DNA of 63,924 nt, the filler included, from Saprolegnia diclina VS20 (Eukaryota): assembly GCF_000281045.1 (NCBI RefSeq). It is 13 parts of 4 records of this genome, joined end to end, with 100 filler letters (N's around TTAATTAATTAA, not from the genome) between each part and the next. Parts side by side here need not be neighbours in the genome. Positions count along the whole stretch, not along the records: positions 18,778 to 28,136 come from NW_008246135.1; positions 28,237 to 29,579 come from NW_008246135.1; positions 29,680 to 30,898 come from NW_008246135.1; positions 30,999 to 53,374 come from NW_008246135.1; 9 more parts are not named here. One strand, 5' to 3'. The first letter of the stretch is position 1; each line of letters opens with the position of its first letter. The position numbers were made by a program, and so were the translations under genes. The notes under the pieces are model-generated. The model was not told where the DNA came from. It made no database searches and saw only the letters and a program-made list of their open reading frames with translations. Below, piece after piece: positions 22,101 to 33,797 of the stretch.

Positions 22101-22704
22101 AGTGCGGCGCAAGGTAGTCTTCGCAGACGACGAAGATTTCGGCCGACTCGTTACGCGACGAGAGCGGCTTGGTCGCCGACACCTTCTTGAAGAGCTGCTT
22201 GAAGACCCACACGAGCGCGTTGTAGTCCTGCGAGCGGAAGACCTTGGAGACAAAGGTCGCGCCCTTGCCCATGACGTCGACGGCGAGCTTGAGCGCAATG
22301 AGCGCGAGCTCGTTCTGCACGTACGCATCCTTCGAGTACTCGGCACCGACGTTGGGCGCACCATCGCAGAGCACGACGTCGGCGTTCCACGATTGCATTT
22401 CCTGGCGAATGATCTGGCGACAGCGCGCGGTCGTGATATCGCATTGGTACGTCTTCACGCCGCGGATCGGGCGGATCGGCAGCAGATCGATACCGAGAAT
22501 GATCGACGACGCCGGCATGTACTTGGCTGCGACTTGGCACCACCCGCCGGGCGCCGCGCAGAGATCGATACAGACCTTGGCCTTGGAGAGGAAGTCGTAC
22601 TTCTTGTTGAGCTGGATGAGCTTGAAGGCCGAACGCGCGCGGTAGCCTTGCTGGCGCGCGAGGTTGTAGTACTTGTCCTTATCGTGCTTCTTGCGCTTCA
22701 CCAT
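19184..22704 (-). CDS. SPB1: SPB1/FTSJ3 pre-rRNA 2'-O-methyltransferase, multi-exon
   Basis: [62 protein letters not shown]. Spb1 C-terminal [37 protein letters not shown]. Confidence 0.96.
20986..21137 (-). ncRNA. Candidate intronic H/ACA snoRNA in SPB1 intron
   Basis: Two hairpins (3' stem cggcgatatcgag/ctcggtgtcgtcg) separated by a near-consensus H box AGAGCGA and ending in ACA-uuu. Lies in a 450-nt intron where typical introns are ~50 nt. Confidence 0.5.
21462..21637 (-). ncRNA. Candidate intronic box C/D snoRNA in SPB1 intron
   Basis: C box GTGATGA (21610-21604) and D box CTGA (21491-21488) closed by a long terminal stem tgcaatctc..aaaggcgcgatg / cgttgcgccttt..gagattgca. Confidence 0.75.
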
Positions 22705-23508
22705 GGCGATGTCGTAGTGCTCCAACACTCAGATTGCACTTGATCTTAGTGGCGCCCTGGCCAGTCAAATCTACGTTTGGAAACCCATTCGCTGAAAACC
22801 TCTTCGAAATGAACGCTCCCTGTGTGCAATGAACAGCCGTTTTCGACAAAAAGGAGGCTTTTCTGCGTCCATTGCGCTTGAAAGTGACAAAAAAGGGGTG
22901 CTTTGCACCTACTTTCGGGTTGAAATGGCGCCAACCCGCAACCCGTTGGAACTGCAAGATGGCGTCGCTTCACACGCAGATTTGGATACTGGCGCGTGGA
23001 CAAAGAAGAAGAAGCGGGACCTCGTCGGACGAAGCTTATCTCCACTCTGTGCGCCGCCGACGAGCAAAAGCAAGTGGCAGGCTCCTAGAGGCATGGCAAT
23101 AGCTGAGCAGTTTCAGTCGTCTGACAGCGATGCGGCCGACTGCACCGAGAGCCTGGAAGCGAGATGACTCTGCTTGCAGCAATACTCACCAACGATCAAA
23201 GTGCTTGGACGCTGCATTACGGAGGCTCGACAACGCTCTATTTCTGATGGCAGCTCTAGATTGGCAACTGGTCGGCATCTCGAAACATAGCCTCAGGAGG
23301 ACCATCATGTCCCCTTTGAGGGAGAGAGACTTTCTTCTTGCAGGCGATCTGAGTCGCACCGTGTATCGAGGTGCGCTCGTATGATCTCGGTGACCTCTTC
23401 TCACTTAGTCTCCGACGATATCGCTATCTAGACTACGTTGTCGGGACGTGTAAAAGGCTGCGTGAGAGCTCAGACTGCAGTGGCATGCGCAACACTTGCA
23501 CCAAACGT

Positions 23509-25010
23509 TTAGACGAACCGAACGTGCAACGTCGCTCGGGGCAACAAGCCTTCGTCGCGAAGCGTGCGCGACTCGTTGTCGTACGTCTACCACATGTAAG
23601 GAACTGGTGCAGAGATGGCAGGACGAACGCGAGGCGGAAAGGCCGAAGCGAGCTGAAAAGCTGGAGGTGAATAGCCCCTATTCGTTCACCATACCGTCCA
23701 TTTGTGACCAATTCGTCCAAGATAATGTATTACCACAGTGCCGCAATCTCGGCCTTGACATCCCGCAACGTGGTGTCATGTGGGATCTGGAGCACGACGG
23801 TGTGGTCGGGCGACCGAATCTGGAGCTGCGCGACGCCATCTAGAACACAGCTCGAATTCGAAAGCAGGCCACGCGACAAATCACACCAGGCGAGAGCGTC
23901 TTCACACGCGCTTCTGTCGCCGACGAGCGAGGGTGGAGGAGGTCGGCGATCTCGCAACGAATCGGTACGATCGAGCCTTTGTGAATGACAGACACGGGGA
24001 GTGCATTCAAAAAGGTGGGCAGTTGCATCTAAATGCGCACTGAGTCGCCGCCTTTGCTCAACAGCGCACCGTTGCGGCGCCTACGGACGCAAGCGAGCGG
24101 TACGTTGGACTCTGCGTTGTCGCAAAGGTCGAGTGGCGCTCGTCGACAAGATCAAATCGAACCTACGGGCGCATTAATGGCATTGCACAGGATGCAAGAG
24201 TATACGCCATCAGGGTACATCTCTTTCAACTCGAACGGGTAGTAGCCGTCCAGTAGGTCCTAGTCCATTGCACCGTATTGAGTATAGACTCGCCCTTGAC
24301 TACATCCGACTTGAATCAACTCTTGAGTCGCCACGTCACTGTATGGACTAGCCTCGATGGTTGATCCACCTTCGAGAATCGAGTGCTAGTACACACCGAA
24401 AGGGCCCCCGCTTGAGCACAAGACCGTCGCGGTAGATGACCATGCGCAGACTCTCGCGCTCCGTGAGGTGGTGGACCTACCGACCTCGTCCTGATTTTGA
24501 CTCGGCTACGTCCACGCACCTGCGACTCCCCCGGGGCCTTGACCACCTATCATGAGCGTACGCTAAGCGCTTGTATGGAGCACAGGTAGAGTATACAATG
24601 AGGCTGCTCGCCGCTGCGTTGAGGCGCTCGACTTGTGCAATAAGCTCGTCGACGAGGTGCGGTTGGGCGTCGTCGAGCTCGAGAGAAGGAGTGGTGCCAA
24701 CCCACTCAAGGCCGTAGTCGGCAAGAAAAGCGTGCATGGCTTGCACCTCGTGTCGTAGGAGGCGGAGCTCCCCGTCGGTCTCGACACCGCCGCACTAGCC
24801 AAGACGGTGCAGTTTGCAGGGCTTTAGATGCCGAGTATTTGGTTACGTTGGCGTTGTTGGACTGCAGCTGGGCATGCAGCGAGTCGATGGTGGCTTGCTT
24901 CTGCGCCACCTCGGCGCGAAGTTGGACGAGCTGCACCTCGACTGCCCGCAAGCGCTGAGCCATCAGCGTCACGAGCGACGGTGCCGGCGCCGCGCGGGTA
25001 TCGCTCAATA
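23509..25010 (-). CDS. UBXN11: UBX domain protein 11-like (coiled coil, SEP, UBX), multi-exon; start uncertain
   Basis: Exons read MHAFLADYGLEWVG, MVIYRDGLVLKRGPFR, DLLDGYYPFELKEMYPDGV, FLNALPVSVIHKGSIVPIR, and UBX FQLASAFPPR|TYDNESRTLRDEGLLPRATLHV. Confidence 0.85.
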
Positions 25011-26136
25011 GCTAATACAAGGAGAGTTGCATGATGAGTCATTCCGCGCTCTTGCGAAGGGTGGGACGACGATCCGTCACCTGCTGCGCCACGGTGCGAG
25101 CGGTCAAGTCGTCGATGCCATCCTCCGTCTTGTTGCCTGCGGTGACGACTTTGCTTACGTCAACTTTTCACACGGTCTGCGTACACTGCTGCGGGCGCAC
25201 GGACGGCAACCTGCACCGTACACGAGCATAGTGTTTGCAGCTGGTGGTTCCTTCGTATTCGTATACCTTGAGCGGGGCGGGTACTTGTCGGTGGCCACAG
25301 CGTCCATTCGTTCTTCGTAACCGTTTCAGCAACACCGACATCCAGGCTGCAGGGACGTCAGCGTGCTCCACCTCTGTGAGTTGTCGGGGAAAGGGCCAAC
25401 GCTTGCACTCGATTGCAGCTGTCGATCGCCACTGAAGGATACATGAGCACGCCCACGATAATGCAAACGGCGGCGGCGCGTGGCTCTGCACGTCCATTCC
25501 GCGGAAGCTCTCCGGGAGGACCTCGAGTGTCGTCGAGCGAGGATCGGTGGCTTGCAATGGTGGGTGCAAGCATCTGCCCGTCCATTTATTTCGTAATGAC
25601 AACCTGCCTCGTCTATAGACGAGCTCGACCTTGACGAAGTCCAAGCAAAAGATCTAACGACGTCGTTTCCATGGGTTTTGCCATCGAACCGACAGCTTGT
25701 TGGCTACTTGGTTGACGGGCAAGTCGACTGGAACCTTGGCATGAGGCGTACGACCGTACCGTAGTTAGTATATGCGGCAGGAGTCGACTAACTACCGTTT
25801 TGAAGTCAAGTCCCATAACGGACATACCAGCTGCTTGCTACTCCGTGTTGTGAAAAAAGAACCCGACGCCGGTTTCAGCGGGCGGCGCTTTCTCTTGGAC
25901 TTTGTATGCGGAGCACTGTCGTTCGTCGTGTATACTTTAATCCAGTATGTTTCAAGGCAGGGAATCTGGGTGCACGTCGGAATAAAAATACGCGTCCAAC
26001 ATCTTGGCCTTGTATAGAAACCACGTGGCAATTTAATTGCATCGAGATGCTCGCGTTGACGCTTTTGATTGGACAAAAAGCGACGCTTTCCCGCAGCAGG
26101 TAAAGCTGCGACCACCGACTTTGAGTCTTGCGCAGC

Positions 26137-27340
26137 ATGAAGTTCGGCAAGGTGCTCACGCAGTCCATCGAGCTCTCGTCCTCCGAGTACGAGCGGTCGT
26201 GGGTCAACTACAAGCAGCTCAAGCGCATCATCAAGGACTGCGCGCAGATCCCCAAGCATGACAAGCTCAAGAAGGAGAAGCTCATTGAGGCCGCCAAGCA
26301 AAACAACGACAATGAGTCCATCCGTACGCCAGCTCTCCCTACGCCCACGTCGCCCATCATGGCCTCATATGCGCCTCTGTCATAGGCGAATCCGCGAACG
26401 AAATGAACTTTTTCCGCACGCTGCGCGCCGATATGGCCAAGATTGCAGACTTTTTCGTCAAGACGCAGCAGCGGTACGGCGATCTGCTCGGCCATCTCGA
26501 GACACACTTCAAGGCCTTCGAGGTACGTCGCGCCGTCGCGTCCGAGCAAGAGACGAGGCATGTAGTAGCAAGCGCGCGATGCGACGAACCACGACACAAA
26601 GACGCAGATCATGGGCGCGTGCGTTGCGCTCTTCAAGGAGATGCTCTTGCTCGAGAACTTTGCGCTCATCAACTACTCTGGCATCTCCAAGGTACGCGCT
26701 TGGATGCATCTGGTGCATTTTGGGACGCGAGTATGATCTTTAGATCCTCAAGAAGCACGACAAGTGGACGGGCTACAACACCCGGACCAAGTTTGTCGAG
26801 CAAGTGCTCAACAAGCAGCCGTTCGCGACCTACTCGCAACTGCTGACGATGATCCACCGCGTGGAGACGATATTTATGGACGCGACCGGCTCCACGATCA
26901 CCCAGCACGACGACTCGACGGCGCCGCAGGAGCGGACGCTCGAGCTCCAACTCGGCTACACGATGCTGCAGCTGTCGCAAAAGGAAGCGAAGACGACCGC
27001 GCCGGCGGTGACACCGAGCGCCGAGGTCGCACCGTCGCCGACACCGAGTGCCAAGGCCGCTGAGCGCAGCAAAGTGTCGCTGCACGCTGTCCACGCGCTC
27101 CGTGACGAGTCGTTTAGCTTCAAGAAGACCGAAGAGAGCCTGTCGCCAACACATTCGGTCTCCAACTCCAACTCGGAAGACGCCGACGACGAAGACGACA
27201 ATGACAATGACGATGAAAGCACGACGTCATCGGACGCGTCCAAGGTCCGGCCAAAGCGCAAGCGACAAGCGGTGACAACCGCGACCGACTCGCCGTCACC
27301 GACGCGACAGAAGATGAGCTTTGCCAACATTTTGAATTGA
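26137..27340 (+). CDS. SPX-domain protein (phosphate/inositol pyrophosphate sensor), multi-exon
   Basis: MKFGKVL...WVNYKQLKRIIK, FFRTLRADMAKIADFF, LLENFALINYSGISK|ILKKHDKWTG. No TM domain; acidic tail with RPKRKR. Confidence 0.9.
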
Positions 27341-27554
27341 CCCTGTAATAAAATCATCACCCGTCCGTGTCCGTGTCTGTGTGACAGGTAGTACAGACGT
27401 GACGCGGACGCGGACGCGGTGTCCTTGCCGCGTACGACAAGACGGACGCAAAGACAACGCACGCCAAGTCGGTTAGCTTATTTGGGTGCGGAAACGACGA
27501 CTCGTTAGAGCACAGGACGACGACGACTACTAGTATACGTCACTCGTGCAGCTC

Positions 27555-28136
27555 TTAGCCGTAGTAGCGACCGATGAGGAAGAAGAGGATCGCGCAGATG
27601 AGAACGTGGAATAATGTGAGAGGCGGCTAGTTGATCGTATATGAGATAACGCGGATGTAGCATGATCGTTGTACCTTGGGGGGTGCCTCAGCCGTCGGAG
27701 CGCGGGTGGGCGAGGCGTTGCCGGCGGCCGTCGTGGCGTCGTCGGCGCTGCCTTCGGGCCTTCGCTGGCGCAAGGTCGACATGTCCGAGGTCTGCCGCTT
27801 CAATCGCTGCTGCTCGGTCGTGAGTTTCTGGTTTTGCTGGCGCGACTTGTCGAGGTCGCCCATGAGCGTATCGCGCTGGGCCGTCAATTGCACGGTAAAA
27901 GCCACAAGCTAAGGTCGTAGGGTAAGCGGATCATGGAGCAATGCGTCATATTGGACTACCTCGTCGTACTTCTTGCGCAAGACAGCCATCTCGGCCATCA
28001 TCTCCTGTCGAATCGAGTCCTCCGCGGTGGAGGCGTACACCGACTGCTGCGTCGAGAGCGACTTGGGCGCGGCCTCGGGCGGGCTCTCGAGAAGCGCGCT
28101 CGTGAGCTGGCTCGGCGTGCTCACGTCCCCGCTGCT
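27555..28136 (-). CDS. VAMP-associated protein (VAP)-like C-terminal half (N-terminus in gap)
   Basis: Coiled coil LRKKYDE|LVAFTVQLTAQRD and tail anchor LFHVLICAILFFLIGRYYG*. Confidence 0.7.
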
Positions 28137-28236
28137 NNNNNNNNNNNNNNNNNNNNNNNNNNNNNNNNNNNNNNNNNNNNTTAATTAATTAANNNNNNNN
28201 NNNNNNNNNNNNNNNNNNNNNNNNNNNNNNNNNNNN

Positions 28237-28502
28237 GTCGGCGCTGTAGTAGGAATCGTGGATGGCGTCGTTGTCGGGTTTGTCGTCGCAGCCGGCGTCG
28301 TTGTTGTTGGTGTACTGGACGGGGTCGTAGTCGCAATCGGCGTCGGCGCTGTCGGTGCTGTCGATGGCTCCAACGTCGGAACCGGTGTTTCCGAATCCAG
28401 AGTCGCGCGCACAGCACCATGGACGAGGGCACGGCCGTCAACGGCCGCAACCGCGAGGAGGCACAGCACGGCGACGGCCTTGAGGCGACTGCGGGCAGGC
28501 AT
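28237..28502 (-). CDS. Secreted Pro/Thr-rich mucin-like protein (3' in gap)
   Basis: Signal peptide MPARSRLKAVAVLCLLAVAAVDG followed by PT/TTTP repeats. Confidence 0.7.
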
Positions 28503-29679
28503 CGTCGTCACTTGCGAATGGAATCAACCGAATCGAAAATGCAAATACACGTCTTGGGTTCCTGGATGTCCGTGATCGTGCGAGCGTCACGCAGCACAGT
28601 GCTGGTTGCCTTTGTTAGACGCGCCTCGTCCTGCGTTTAACCTCCCTTTAACGTCCCCAACCCGGCGTTTACCCCATCAAACCCGGCCATCATTTGACGT
28701 CTAACTCATCGGAGCGGTCGTCTAAATTTTGGCGGCGACCACGTGGAATGGCGAGCGTCCAGCAGCTGGTTTTCAGCATCACCCGTCCGCCACGTGATTG
28801 GTCGGTCGACGCGACAAGGGCTGCGACCGGTCAAGGTCCAGTGCGTCGGGCCGACACGGCGGGCTAAATGGCATGAGAAGCCAAGGCAACGCCGCCAATA
28901 ACGTAATAAGGGCAGCTCTTTCTGCGATTGTATATCGCCGGAGCGTCTTCGCCATCGTCGGCTCGTACCGTACGGAGCACAACCCGTTGCACAAACGACG
29001 GCTTCGTTTTCTGTGCGTGGATGTCAAAGTTCAAGGAATCGACGCGCGCTGGGACACGGTTGTGACGATCTTGATTGCCGATGGCCGAAGCTTGAGAGCT
29101 CCGTGCGCTGCAAGTGTGCAGCAGCTCCATCGTTATGAGAAAGGTTTCTGGCGTGTTGTGATCCAACGACGTTCGATTGCTTTGGACCACGACCGACCGG
29201 ACGCCATTGCCCCGACTGCGGTTGCGCTGCGTCGGCACCGAGATCGTTGACAGTGCTAATAGCGTTGGACAAAACATCGTTTCCTAGCTCCACCAATGGG
29301 CTGCCGAGACACCAAGACTGAACAAGATACTGTACCAGCATGGACGATTGGTCGACGCTGGTCCATGACATCTGACCAGAAAGACAGACGCTGTATGCGG
29401 CTCAACGGTCTCGCATACACCACGTGCCACTCCCGGTGCACCTGGAGCCCCAAGGACAACAAAGCAGTTGCAGTTGTGCTCGCTTTTACCACCAGCAACG
29501 GCGCGATCGCAATGGCTTGCACCGATTCGCCGGCGGTCGAAGTGATGCAGCACATAGAAGGATGACGTGGCGGCTTTGCNNNNNNNNNNNNNNNNNNNNN
29601 NNNNNNNNNNNNNNNNNNNNNNNTTAATTAATTAANNNNNNNNNNNNNNNNNNNNNNNNNNNNNNNNNNNNNNNNNNNN

Positions 29680-29825
29680 GTGGGCGGGGCTGTCGTTGCG
29701 TTCCCGTCAAGCTCTCGCGGTGGTATCACTTCGAGGATAACTCGCGGATCGGCACCGTGGCGCACAGAGGCCGCGGCGACGGCACACGCCGCCAGGGCGA
29801 GCTTCATACATGCAGAAGGACGCAT
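29680..29825 (-). CDS. Secreted protein N-terminus, possible paralog of 28237-28502
   Basis: MKLALAACAVAAASVRHGA...ATTAPP; shares the HGA motif after the signal peptide. Confidence 0.5.
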
Positions 29826-31986
29826 GTTTGCGGTGTCAGAGGTGACTCTGCAAAATGACAGCAGGCTCCGACCAGCCCATGACGCAGCGATACAACGCCC
29901 GTGTCCTTGACAAAGCCAGGGCGTAGCTACGTCGTTCGGTGGCGCCTGTCTCCATCAGACGGTGTGACAACCATTATAACTCGTGTTATAAATAGAATTG
30001 CCGACACACACTTTTGTCGCACGTCAATGAGTCTCGTATCAAAGCTCGACTCATCAACAAGAACGTCCAAGCTAACGCGAAAGGGTATAGGGTATGGTTG
30101 GTTGCCATTGACTGACCTTTCGCAAGCCAAGAACCACAGTGCTTTTGTCAAGACAATGGGCAAACCCCAGCACCGGTCGCCCATAACATGTTATAACAAA
30201 CGTTATGGCGCCAACGACCGAGCGACCGAGCAAACGACCGACTGTCAAATTGTAGTCTTTGGTTGTGGACGTCGCTCGTTGAGGGCGGTATCTCCACCCA
30301 ACCATAGCTGGTGGATGGTGAAGCTGGTGGTCGATCGACGAGTAAAGACTCACATGTTGCTATAGTAAGCTTATGCGGTGCGCAGCTCGCGGCGTCAACG
30401 AAGGACGACGCGCGTGGCACTGGTACTGTGAGTCACGAGACGAATCTGGGTACCGCGACCAGCGAGCTGATAACGAGGCCGAGTCGGGCAGTTGCTTTGC
30501 ACGACAACTGCAGTTGCACGTGTGTATCGACAAGCGCTCCTTGTTCTCGAACCGCTCTCGTGTTTGATCAAGCGAGGCAGCGCGGCGCCGATCGACTAAC
30601 GTTAGGAGGGTATCGACTCGTACTTGGCGACACGCAGCTAACGGTGTGAAGACGGCCTTTCTTCTCAAAGCAATGGGTTTGCAGTATGGTTTGGCCCAAT
30701 GTCGCGAGTCGTTGAGTACTCCTTGTGGGTGTCGCCACCGCCAATGGCCTTGGCGATGATGCAGGCGCGACTGGAGCAAAGCGGACGCAAGAGCTTTTTG
30801 GCCATCGCGCCATGATTCTCAGCTAATTTTCTGTTGCCAATTCCTGCGTTGTTGTTGAAGTGGGTCTTCTATTAAAATAGATACGTAAATCTACGCTANN
30901 NNNNNNNNNNNNNNNNNNNNNNNNNNNNNNNNNNNNNNNNNNTTAATTAATTAANNNNNNNNNNNNNNNNNNNNNNNNNNNNNNNNNNNNNNNNNNNNTA
31001 TATTGCGTCATCGGTGGAGCTCTGTAGCGAGAGCAATCGCCGTTGCCCGCGGCATCCGTATAACAAAATCCGGATATTGCCGAGCTTCAGGTTGATTCGC
31101 ATGGCAATCAGCAGATTCAGCGACCCATCATGACCGAGGACCGAGGTTGGGCCAAGCTGCACACAAGTAAGTGGCCAAGCTACACGGCTGCTGAAGCCCA
31201 ACGCGATCACTGTCATTAGGGATGTCAATGATCAACACCGGTGCACTGGGTAGCGTTGCGGACGGGAAGCGTCGTGCAGCCGAGGTTGGGGCGATGTCGA
31301 GGCCGCTAGGTAGCAAAAACTGCAAACGTACTCTGTTAACGCGCGCCTTCCCAAGGTGCCATTCAAAGCTACCAGCCGCATGTGCTGCATGTGTGCTTGC
31401 CTTTCATGGCTATACTGTATGCACTGTCGACCAGGCTCGCACCTCTGCTGCTGAGTCGAGCGTAGTTGATACCGGTATGATGCTGCTACGCACGATCGCA
31501 ACGGGACAGGCAATCGCATCTGCGTATTCTATTCTTTGCATGCTGGGTACAAGGCGCTTGCCGTGCGACCTCCGTCGCTGTCCAGCACAGCATTTGGGTC
31601 GACAGCAATAAACGCAAACGCGTTAAACGTAAAACCCACCTATCCTTGCGGTAAACGCGGCAAACGTGGGCGTCGTCATAAAAACGTTGCGTCTTGTATT
31701 GTCTTGTGGCAGCCTCTTTGCTGCTCCATCGAACGATCGCGCCTGCGTCATCGTTCATGGACCTAGGTGAATGGCTTTGCCACATCGGCCCGGCGAATCA
31801 AACGCATCTCTCGGCTCTGTACGTTAGTCACGACAACCCGGCACCTGGAACAGGCCGCTCGTGAGCCACACCTCACACCGATGACTACAGGTTAAGAGTT
31901 GCATCCAATACTACGTCGAGCTCGCTTTTAGCTCCGAGACAAGGAGGTTTACTCTGGCATTGATCTGCGCGAGCCGACGTCAGATA

Positions 31987-32784
31987 TGGATTTCGACATG
32001 GATCAACACGGTACATACTCTGGCGACGTCCATCCTCGTCAGTGAGACGCACTTCTTAGTCGCTGACAACACCAACGACACGCTCGCCTCCGTGTGCGTG
32101 GCCGCCCGCTGCATCACTGAAGACACCATACTCTGCGACCGCGACACCGAGATCTGCCCCTCTTGCCTCTACGCGCTTCCTAACTCGGACATTATTGTCT
32201 GCGCCAACACAACCACCGACGGCGTTTGCGAACGAGGCACTCGATGCTCCCCAGTGCCGACACCGACGACGCGGCTGTTAACGACGGCACCGGCGCCGGT
32301 GCCACAAGCTGACGACATCGTATTGTCCACCGAGGCTGTCATTGGCCTCATCGCCGCCATCGTTGTCCTCGTTCTCGCCGTTGGCTGCCTCCTCGTGTAC
32401 CGACGCCGACACAAGACTGCGTCTCCGACAACGGATGCGCACCGGGAGCCGTCCGTGCACATGTCGCCGTGCCCGTGCTCCGCATACCATGCGAGCCCGG
32501 CGTACGACCCTCCCCGCGCGGCCACGGCCACGCAATTTGAAAGCAGCAATACGTCGTCGATTGCGTCGTCTGGTTCGCATCGGCCCGGTGGGGGCCCCTA
32601 CTACGCCAACGCGAGCCCGGCGCGCTGCAATGACGACATGATCCATCTCCAGTCGCGGGCCGTCGTATACCCCGCCCCGTACGGCCCACAGCGCTATTTC
32701 GACGGTAGTGGGGCCTTAAGTGACGCACAAAGCGCCTTTGACGATGTCGTGATGCTTCGGGCGCAACCATGCCAGCGACGATGA
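31987..32784 (+). CDS. Single-pass membrane protein with small Cys-rich ectodomain; start uncertain
   Basis: CVAARC...CDRDTEICPSCLY...C...C...C, a PT linker, and TM VIGLIAAIVVLVLAVGCLLVY-RRRHK. Confidence 0.65.
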   Translation, partial: WISTWINTVHTLATSILVSETHFLVADNTNDTLASVCVAARCITEDTILCDRDTEICPSCLYALPNSDIIVCANTTTDGVCERGTRCSPVPTPTTRLLTTAPAPVPQADDIVLSTEAVIGLIAAIVVLVLAVGCLLVYRRRHKTASPTTDAHREPSVHMSPCPCSAYHASPAYDPPRAATATQFESSNTSSIASSGSHRPGGGPYYANASPARCNDDMIHLQSRAVVYPAPYGPQRYFDGSGALSDAQSAFDDVVMLRAQPCQRR

Positions 32785-33752
32785 CACCCTCCATCTCAAT
32801 TGGCTAAACCGACTGTAGTCAACAAGAGAAGCGTCAGCTTCAGAATCTTTTGTTCAGTGTTACAGCTTTAGTGAGCACTATTGTCGTTGTAATTCAATCG
32901 CGGGCGCCTCGTGGTCAATGCCTTCGACCCCTCCAGACCGGAGGCACCATTGGCGTGATGGTCGGGGTACGTGGCAGCCTGACACACATCCGATGCCATG
33001 CGATCCGCCAATGAGAGGCGAGTCTGAAACAGTTGCATGTCACGAATGATATGCGGCACCGCAAACCATAGGAGAACCGCCGTATTGTGGTCGCGGTGAT
33101 CCTAGGGCCCAAGACTATCGTACCTGGTAGAGCCTGCCATCGATCAAGTGGTGCCATCGATGACGCTTCGCCGCGGCGCGTCCAGAAGTTTTCGCCGTTT
33201 GCGTGTCGTCGCTATCGGCGACATTCAAGGGTCAACTAGGGTGAGCCCATTTATCGTTCGGAGTTTGTGGCTGATTTGTCTTTGGTTTGGTGCAAGGTCA
33301 GTTATCTTATATACCTTCTCTTGGATACGTTGCGATCAGATTTATTGCGGACTGCCTGCGTGGCCTAAGACCACGCAGCGTCTGAAGCCATGTGTGGCCA
33401 TTTTTTGCCTTGGCGCATTGAGTCATAACCAATGTAGCAATGAGATGTGCAGGTTGTTGTACTCGTTGCTTAGATATGCCAGGCGAGTGGTGCAAGGGTC
33501 AGTCTATGGACTCCTGTTGTGTGCCGTAGACGTCCCGCCACCACGATCATTCGGCAAGGCCGAGATGGCAGGCAACGTAGCTTTATATGGCGACACGGAC
33601 TTGAGTGGCCCCATTGAATCATCTCCACATATTACAGTGACGTATTGTTTTGTCTCTATGAGGCACTAACTAAAAGAAATCACTATGCAATGGTGTGCGT
33701 TCTCGTGGCACAGTGCCACTCAGCAGCTACCTGTGCGTATTGGCGTGAACTC

Positions 33753-33796
<44 letters not shown>
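33753..33796 (+). repeat. (TCTA)11 microsatellite
   Basis: Directly visible. Confidence 0.97.

Positions 33797-33797
<1 letters not shown>

Noticed and set aside
22925..23500. Possible plus-strand gene divergent from SPB1
   Set aside because: Only short frames with no motif or consistent splice model; ORFs beyond 23509 are antisense to UBXN11.
28600..31800. Numerous 60-150 aa ORFs
   Set aside because: No coding-like codon bias or motifs apart from the signal-peptide fragment at 29680-29825.
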